Positions 55,820 to 64,000 of a stretch of 64,000 nucleotides of DNA are shown piece after piece. This DNA comes from Octopus vulgaris. Lineage: Eukaryota. The position numbers and the translations under genes are program-made. Numbering within the stretch: position 1 is the first letter of the stretch; each line of letters begins with the position of its first letter. Location of the stretch: positions 46,934,001 through 46,998,000 of the forward strand of contig OX597823.1 of assembly GCA_951406725.2 (NCBI GenBank), given 5' to 3'. The notes below the pieces were generated by a model, which worked only from the letters and a program-made list of their open reading frames with translations, did no database searches and was not told the DNA's origin.

Positions 55820-56141
55820 ATCTTTATCTTGTTTCAGTCATTACGCAACGGCCATGCTGGGGCTCCGTCTTGAGTAATTTTAGTCGAACTAATCGACCCC
55901 AGTAATTTTTTTTTTCAAGCCTGGTATTAATTCCATCGGAGGCTTTTTGCCGAGCCGCTAAGTTATGGGGAGGTAAACACAACAATACCAGTTGTCAAAC
56001 GGTGGCAGGAGACAAGCGGGCTCACACATACACACATACACTCACACACAGAGACAACACACACACACACATACACACACATACATACACACACATACAT
56101 ACACACTCATACATACATATATATATATATATGTGTATATA

Positions 56142-56210
<69 letters not shown>

Positions 56211-56360
56211 AGCTTTCTTTAGTTTTCCTCTTCCAAGTCCTCTTAGAAAGCTTTGGTCGGTCCGAGGCCAAAGCTTGTCAAGATGCCACACAGTGGAACT
56301 GAACCTGGAACCGTGTGATAGGGAAACAACATTTTTACCATACACCCCCGCCGGTGCATA
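55820..56360 (-). mobile_element. SINE family A, diverged, with expanded internal microsatellite
   Basis: A tail and head blocks around (CA)n(TA)n. Confidence 0.75.
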
Positions 56361-57256
56361 TAATATATAATTCATTTTGGGAACGGTGAAACGCGAAGCA
56401 GATAAAGCTATAGATAATAACTTATAAACACTGGGTTCAAAAACTCTTACAATTGTAAAAGTCAAAGGTTACCCGTAGAACATCAACAATATGCGTGTGT
56501 ATGTATGCGTGTGTGTGTGTATAGTTTATAATAATATATATATGTATAAATATGTTTGTCTGTGTATATGCGTGTGTGTGTGTATGTGTGTGTAGTTTAT
56601 GATAATATATATATATATGTATATATATGTCTGTCTGTGTGTGTGTGTGGGTGTGTATGCGTGTGTGTCTGTGTGTGTGTGTCTGTGTGTGTGTGTGTCT
56701 GTGTGTGTCTGTGTCTGTGATTTGATGTAGAAATCTATTATCTCCAACAACAACGACAAGAGCAACAACACAACCATCGGAATGAAATTAATAATGTAAC
56801 AGTAAACCTAAAGACTGCCACAGCGACAAAGTACTTTACGGAATACCATGTGTAAAACACATTACTTATGAATATAGTAATAGAATATCTTAAATTAGCT
56901 ACACCCTAACGTTATCTTCTGAATTACACTTGTGCTGACACCAGCGAATCTAATTAAAGTCGTATTAACTGCGTCGTTTATGCACTGAACATTCGACTTA
57001 ACATTTTCGCAACGCTTCGAAATCTTTGACATTGCTTTAGTTTAAAGTTAGTTATTTGTCAGCATGAAAGCCCAGATGAAGGGATAACGTTGTCAAAACT
57101 CTATCTTCTGTCACTTAGCTTTAGAAGTGTGATCACAGCATGAGGATAAATAGAGTAGAGTACTACACACACGTATACATACACACAAACAAGCACACGC
57201 ACACACATCCGCAGACATACACACACACATCCACATATATATATGCTTAGACATAG

Positions 57257-57332
<76 letters not shown>

Positions 57333-57421
57333 GAATAGACAGGAATAAGGTGTCCAGGCGAGTACCGTTCGAGCACTCAGTTATAATCCAATTTGTGATT
57401 AACCGCTTCGAAAGGTAAGGA

Positions 57422-57511
<90 letters not shown>

Positions 57512-57573
57512 ATATGCATACATACATATACATACCGGCATATATATATATATGTATATACACATGCATATAT

Positions 57574-58150
57574 GGGTACAGGACGTCAAAAACCGTGAAC
57601 ATGAAAAACGAGAACTTGTAAAAACAAAAACATGGAAAACGTGCTTTTTTCGAACAACGAAAGAAATAAATAATGAAATGAGATAGGCAACATAAAGAAT
57701 AATTCCTTCATCAGTTGTCCCATGTTTTATCTACTCCTTTTTTTTTTCGAACGTTAGAACAAGACCCGTCTTCGTCAAAACAGTCGTTCCCGCAAAGCAA
57801 ATTAAATAAAATTTGGGATTTGCGGAGGGTTAAAGTTGGTAACAAAAACAGGACAGTAAACTCAAACGGTAAGGGATGTTAAGCTATAACGAGGTGAAGT
57901 GGTGAACGCTGGAGAAACAAGCTTTGACAGGAGACAGGCAAAAATGCGTGTTGTCACTTGTAGCGTAAGGAGGAGAAAGAAAGATAGCCGCTGGTGACGT
58001 GTGAGCAACGAGAGAGTCAAGGAGGTAGAGTGAGGGAGAGAGGCGGACAGATAGAGAATGGTGAAGGGAGAGGAGAAGAACTATAGAAAAAGTGGGAGAG
58101 AAAAAAGAAAGAAAGAAGTGAGGGAGAATAGAAATAGTGATAGGATAGTG
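57574..58150. mobile_element. Probable non-autonomous interspersed repeat of unresolved class, between microsatellites
   Basis: Sharp boundaries in (TA)n/(TATG)n, purine-rich 3' part, CTGATGAAGG on minus strand; single copy in window. Confidence 0.35.
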
Positions 58151-58820
58151 ATATAAGTGTTGCTTGTATATATACATATATGTATGTATGTATGTATGTA
58201 TGTGCGTATGTATGTATGTATGTATGTATGTATGTATGTATGTATGTATGTATGTATGTATGTATGTATGTATGTATGTATGTATGTATGTATGTATGTA
58301 TATATGTCTACAGAAACAGAGAGGAAGAGAGAGAATATGTACTCGTAGATAAAGAATCAGAAACTATTTAAACTGGCTTTAAAAACCGCACGGATTGGGA
58401 AAAGAAATGTTGAAATACACTAGCAGACCTCGTTCCACTAGAACCAATGTAGGCTTTGGTCGCTCTTTACAATTAGATGCCTTCATCTCACAAGTAACGA
58501 AATCTTGTTTCCATTTTGAATATAAAGGGGGATACATGAAGAAATATGTTATAATTCATTTAACGGTTGGTTTCATTTTATAGAAGAGGGACCAAAAGAT
58601 TACTTTGCTGAAAATGGTAGCACGTGGTTCCCTATCAATAGAAGCGTTGAGATCGACTCATGCGACTTCTAATTTTGGGGATGATTTTCATTTCTTTATT
58701 TTTCATCAAAAAATGAAGTAAGTACCAGCTGAGCACAAGGGTCGATACAATCGACTTACCCTCTCCAGAACTTGCTGGCCTTGTGCCAAAATTTGTAATT
58801 AATATTTGTACTTTTCTAAG

Positions 58821-58879
<59 letters not shown>

Positions 58880-58883
<4 letters not shown>

Positions 58884-59109
58884 GACGAAGAGCGCGATTC
58901 GATTGTAAGATATTTTATTAGTTGAACGATATTTCAACAAAGAGGAAGAGTGAGGACGCTGGTTGCTCTCGTTCATACTTTAGGTTTAAATTTCTGTAAT
59001 TTTGAATTTTCATCACTTCTTATTTTGAACTTGACAAAGACAGACGTACAGTTGAGATATCGTTGAACTAATAAAATATCTTACAATTGAATCGCGGTCT
59101 TCGTTTTGA
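58880..59109. mobile_element. MITE-like element with ~57-bp terminal inverted repeats
   Basis: AAGACGAAGAGCGCGATTCGATTGTAAGATATTTTATTAGTTGAACGATATTTCAAC mirrored at 59051-59107. Confidence 0.8.
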
Positions 59110-59183
59110 CTGTTTACCTTTGTGAAGAGTTACGTCAATCCTTTTTTAAAATATTATTATTATTATCACCATTATTATTATTA

Positions 59184-59232
<49 letters not shown>

Positions 59233-59399
59233 TTTCTAGGGAGCAGCCTATTAATGCACAGGGTAAGGATGCTAAGCTGCAGAAGTTAGCTGATAAGTCT
59301 ATTTCTTTTGAGGAGGTTAGCGAAATTTCGCTAACCTCCTCAAGTTTGTTGCTACATTAAGAAAAAAAGGTTGTGTACTGTGGACAAGGTTGAACATGT

Positions 59400-59680
59400 T
59401 GATGGTAATGTTAGCGATGTGAAGTTGGATGTCCTAAGTGGTAATGTTTCACTTAAATCAGGAAATTCTAATCTATTATCTCACCTTGATGAGAAATTGT
59501 CGCATTTGTCCATTGAGCAGAAAACTCAATTACCAGATCTAATTCGTGATTTCTCATTTATTTCCGGATGTGTCTGGCCAACCTAACATCGTTAGTAATG
59601 ATTTAAATGTAGGTGATGCTGTTAAACAACATCTGTATCAGATGAATTCCGTGAAAAACGAAACAATGCGGCAAGAAAAA
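59400..59680 (+). mobile_element. Gypsy/Ty3 LTR retrotransposon pol fragment (region just upstream of RT)
   Basis: NSNLLSHLDEKLSHLSIEQKTQL.../LFPDV...NDLNVGDAVKQHLYQMN...ETMRQE. Confidence 0.75.
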
Positions 59681-60045
59681 CAGAATACCACAGCTACGTT
59701 GATATGCCAGAAGATAACCGGTGCTTATGAGATTTTAAAAGATGGCGAACAAAGAAATGATCACAATTACATGCTGGATCATCTAGAGGAATACTACTCT
59801 GATTATTTCTATTGCCGTTGCACTATGGCCCCCAAAAGTTGATGTTGAAATCGTCGTAGTTGTTACCGTTTTGGTCACATCTGTTAGTCAGTATTTAAAT
59901 GCATGGAAAGGAAATATTACAGCTGTCAAAATGTTATGGGACACAGGATGATGAATTAACTTTTAAGAGGAGAGACAATGTTTGTGCTAATGCACTTCCT
60001 GAACTGAAAAAAATTCGGAACATTATTATTATTATTATTATTATG

Positions 60046-60083
<38 letters not shown>

Positions 60084-60084
60084 G

Positions 60085-60179
60085 TTTGACTTTTGCTTTA
60101 TGTCTGTACAAGTTGGCTCCAAGTCTCACCCAGAGACCTCAAGAGACAACAGGTTGGAAGTTCACGTTGTTGTTATGCC

Positions 60180-60210
<31 letters not shown>

Positions 60211-60422
60211 TAGTTTTATTTTTATAGCGTGCTTTCACTTCACTACCGAGCACGGCTCTGTGTGCCTTGGGTATGTGCTGTGATTTGTTGTGATGCTCTG
60301 ATGGTTATTGTATGGAAAGTGTTCTGCGTAGGATGTGTGCAGTGCCTAGTAGTGCAATTTTCTGTATGTTATATGTGTTTGTAAGTCCTGGTGTTTTTGT
60401 TATGTATTTGTCTGAATATTTT
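60085..60422 (-). mobile_element. R4/Dong-like LINE 3' ends in a (TTA)n field
   Basis: KYSDKYITKTPGLTNTYNIQKIALLGTAHILRRTLSIQ*. Confidence 0.8.
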
Positions 60423-61584
60423 TATTATTATTATTATTATTATTTGCATGATATTATTTGCTTCATGTTGTATGATGCATTTGCATTGTGTTTGATGCTT
60501 CTACGTTTTGTTTATGATGTTTAATGTACTATCTTCGTTGTTGTAACAAAAAAAATTCTGAGAAACTTCCTTTTCCCTAAGGGGTGGGGAGAGTTGTTAC
60601 GAAAATGTTTTACTTGGAAAGAAAAAAAAGGGGAGGTTTTCATTTAGGCATATTGATTTGAACCTGAATCTACAGAATTCCCTTTTGACATACCACAGCA
60701 CTTTCTCACGGAGAGACAAGATTCGACAGCTGAGACACTCAACACATGACCTATGACGAGCCGATTTATATTTTCTCCACTTGACCATTTTAGCCCCTCC
60801 TATACAAATAATAGTTGACAAGAGATAAAGAAGATACCTTTATCAGTTTCCGGGCCCCATGAGCCTGGCTAAGCTTTAAAAGGGCGCATTTATTTATTAC
60901 ATAGTAGATATCATACCCCCATACCCACAGTCTACACAGGTAGAGTAGAATACTTAGTGGGCTGTTATGTAGATAGATGCATGTATGCGTGTGTGTGTAT
61001 ATGCACATGTATGTAAATATATGGATATGAAAATAAACAGATCAACATACAGACGGATAGGTACATAGGATATATGAACAGACAAGCACACATACGCAAA
61101 TGGAGACTGAAATACATGACCATATATATACACACACACTTTACTTCACACAAGGACACATATGGAGACACGTGTCCACACATATGGAGATGCACATCCA
61201 TACATACAAACATGGTACATAGTTGCAAAACACACACACACACACACACACACAGATGCACACACAAGGAGACAGAGGTGCATACGTATACAAACACACA
61301 CACACATACATAAAAATACACAAATACGGACATACAAGCACATGAATATACAGCATACCTGCATACAGTTATACACACATACATACATATATACACATGC
61401 ATACACACACATATATACATGCATGCAAACATACATACATACATACATACATACATACATACATGCATGCATACATACATACATACATACATACATACAT
61501 GCACAAGCACACACACACACACACACACACTCATACACACACACTGAACCACACACATGCGCACAAACAAACATGCATCACACC

Positions 61585-61900
61585 CATTTGAGCGTGACAT
61601 AGTGATCTCAGCTCATAACTTAGCAGGTAGGGCCCAGTTAGAATTTTCTTCAGGTCGAGTTGCCCATTCCGCTCAAAAGGTCTCCGAATAGGGTTTGTTT
61701 AAAGATGATGAATGAAACACCCGTGCTTGCAGAGGTGAGTTATTCAGACCCCCAAAGAATTCATCTCAAGACATGGCTGTGATGCTCCCCCCACTACTTC
61801 TGCTCGCGATCAGAGATGCAAATATCGTCAGCCACTAATGGACATGCTCAACTGGTTAAGGTCAAACAACTGACAAGCAAAATCTGTAGTATTGAGCAGT
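61585..61900 (-). mobile_element. SINE-like repeat, possibly Deu/Nin-domain type
   Basis: CATCTCTGATCGCGAGCAGAAGTAGTGGGGGGAGCATCACAGCCATG resembles recalled Deu/Nin central domains; not verified. Confidence 0.45.
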
Positions 61901-61949
61901 TATGATCGAATGCCATGAGAGCCTTTGCCTGATACTGCATTATTATATT

Positions 61950-61986
<37 letters not shown>

Positions 61987-62016
61987 CATAATAATCATTA
62001 TTATTAATATTATTAT

Positions 62017-62097
<81 letters not shown>

Positions 62098-62098
62098 T

Positions 62099-62318
62099 AA
62101 GGCGGTGAGCTGGCAGAATCGTTAGCATGCCGGGGGAAATACTTAGCGGTATTTCGTCTGTCTTCACGTTCTGAGTTCAAATTCCGCCGAGTTCGACTTC
62201 GCCGTACTTCCTTTTGGAGTCGATAAATTAAGTACCAGTGAAACACTGGGGTTGATGAAATTGACGAGCCCTCTCCCCCAAATTTCAGGCCTTGTGCCTA
62301 GAGTAGAAAGGATTATTA
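62099..62318 (+). mobile_element. SINE family B, full-length reference copy
   Basis: A-box-like TGGCAGAATCG, B box GAGTTCAAATTCC, tail GTAGAAAGGATTATT. Confidence 0.9.
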
Positions 62319-62839
62319 TTTGACGCGGTCATTGGTGCGATAGTAATAATCAGGCAGATAGTAACGGTGTCTTCATGTAAATAATGTGGAGTGTTTTTCT
62401 GTCGCATGCTGTTTATACACACACATATTCGTACACATACGTACACACACACACACACACACACGCGCAAATACGTGTATGTATGTGTGATTGTATGTGT
62501 GTAAGTGTGATAGTTGAATACGCGTGTTGAAGATTTTGGAATGTACAGTCACACCTTAAAGTACATAGTATAGATGACCATCATCGTCTTCAGTAAATGA
62601 CCATGGATGCAGGAGTAGTTGTTCGTATCTGCGAATGTTTGTGAGCATGGGTTCCCATTCACTGAGATAAAACTTCAAGATCACAGCTTTGACCTTTCCG
62701 CTTGGTTTTTACCTTCACCCGAAGGATGCAACCAGATGACCCTAAACTAATCTAACATTTTGTATCGTGACACAAATAAGAAAAAGCAAATATGTAAAAT
62801 ATCCTGGAAGTAAATTACATGCATAAAGCTTTATTAAAA

Positions 62840-63030
62840 AAACCGCAGTAAGCGATGTATATGTGCACCTTGTAAAGTAACAGGCGAACCATCGAAATAT
62901 TTAATTCGTTGTCACCAAACTGTATTGTCAAAAATTGCCTCAGAGTATTGGCGTAATGTATTAGCTTCTGATCTTGCATAAAAACGTAGTTTTTGACCTT
63001 TAGGTGTCGCCATAGTTCAAACAGTAAATG
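62840..63030 (-). mobile_element. Tc1/mariner transposase catalytic-region fragment
   Basis: VFMQDQKLIHYANTLRQFLTIQFGD resembles FxQDGAPxHxAxxVRxFL. Confidence 0.5.
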
Positions 63031-63312
63031 GATTTTAGCATCTTCAGATAATTTTAAAAGATGTGAAAAAATGAGCAATTGAAAATTTCGTTCGACTCTT
63101 CGAGGTTATAGTAACTGAGCATGATGGATGTATTCATCACGTCAGGCATTTGATATATTAGCAAATTACGTGTATACTTAACATAAATGGACAGATATTA
63201 TAGAAAATATATATTTGGTTATAGTGCTTGCAAAACATGCAAACAGCATTCTTTCATACGCACACCCACACACATACACACACGTATATTTATATATATA
63301 TACATATGTATG

Positions 63313-63362
<50 letters not shown>

Positions 63363-63469
63363 AGCAGGTAGGGCGTGCATTTATGTTTGCATGTATGTGC
63401 ATGTGTGTTTATATGCTATTCATACATACATACATGTATATGTGTGTATGCATGTACGTATGTATGTAA

Positions 63470-63522
<53 letters not shown>

Positions 63523-63681
63523 CATACATACATACATACATACATACATACATACATACATACATACATACATACATGCATACATACATACAAATGTACA
63601 TTATTTAATTCAGCTATTGTGTTGTAAAAGCTTGATTTTACTTCTTTTTACACTGTCATCTACCTATGAGTGTGTACATAA

Positions 63682-63727
<46 letters not shown>

Positions 63728-64000
63728 CTATGTATGTATATATATATGAATAGCTAGATAGATAAATAGACAGACAGACAGACAGACAGGCAAACACACA
63801 TATACACGTACGTACATATATATGTAAGTTGTGTGTGTGTGTTTGTGTGTTTTTTCTGTATTTAACGAGACATGAAAAAACATAGAGATCTGCATAAAAG
63901 ATCATTCTGCAATAAAGATCATTCTTGTGTGTGCATGCATATACACCTACCTGGCTACATACATACACACATACATACATACATACATACATACATACAT

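Overview
AT-rich, intron-like or intergenic eukaryotic DNA. The very high density of (TA)n/(CA)n/(TATG)n/(AAT)n microsatellites and the SINE repertoire suggest an octopus (coleoid cephalopod) genome; this is inference, not a search result. No intact host protein-coding gene is recognisable, and nearly all ORFs in the supplied track are microsatellite or SINE read-through. The window is mostly transposable elements: dozens of tRNA-derived SINEs from several families (here labelled A-E), a degenerate near-full-length Penelope-like element (RT + GIY-YIG, 28.2-30.8 kb), and a Chapaev3-type DNA transposon with both termini (52.9-55.6 kb). It also holds fragments of Tx1/L1-, RTE-, CR1-, R4/Dong-like LINEs, Gypsy and Tc1/mariner, a hAT MITE and a non-autonomous Helitron. 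The most interesting signals are hammerhead-ribozyme-like remnants linked to Penelope-type termini, SINE multimers with a recurrent nucleotide-precise junction, head/tail module shuffling among SINEs, several long inverted repeats (possible dsRNA/ADAR substrates), and a speculative chain of minus-strand exons. Coordinates were counted by eye and may be off by a few bases.
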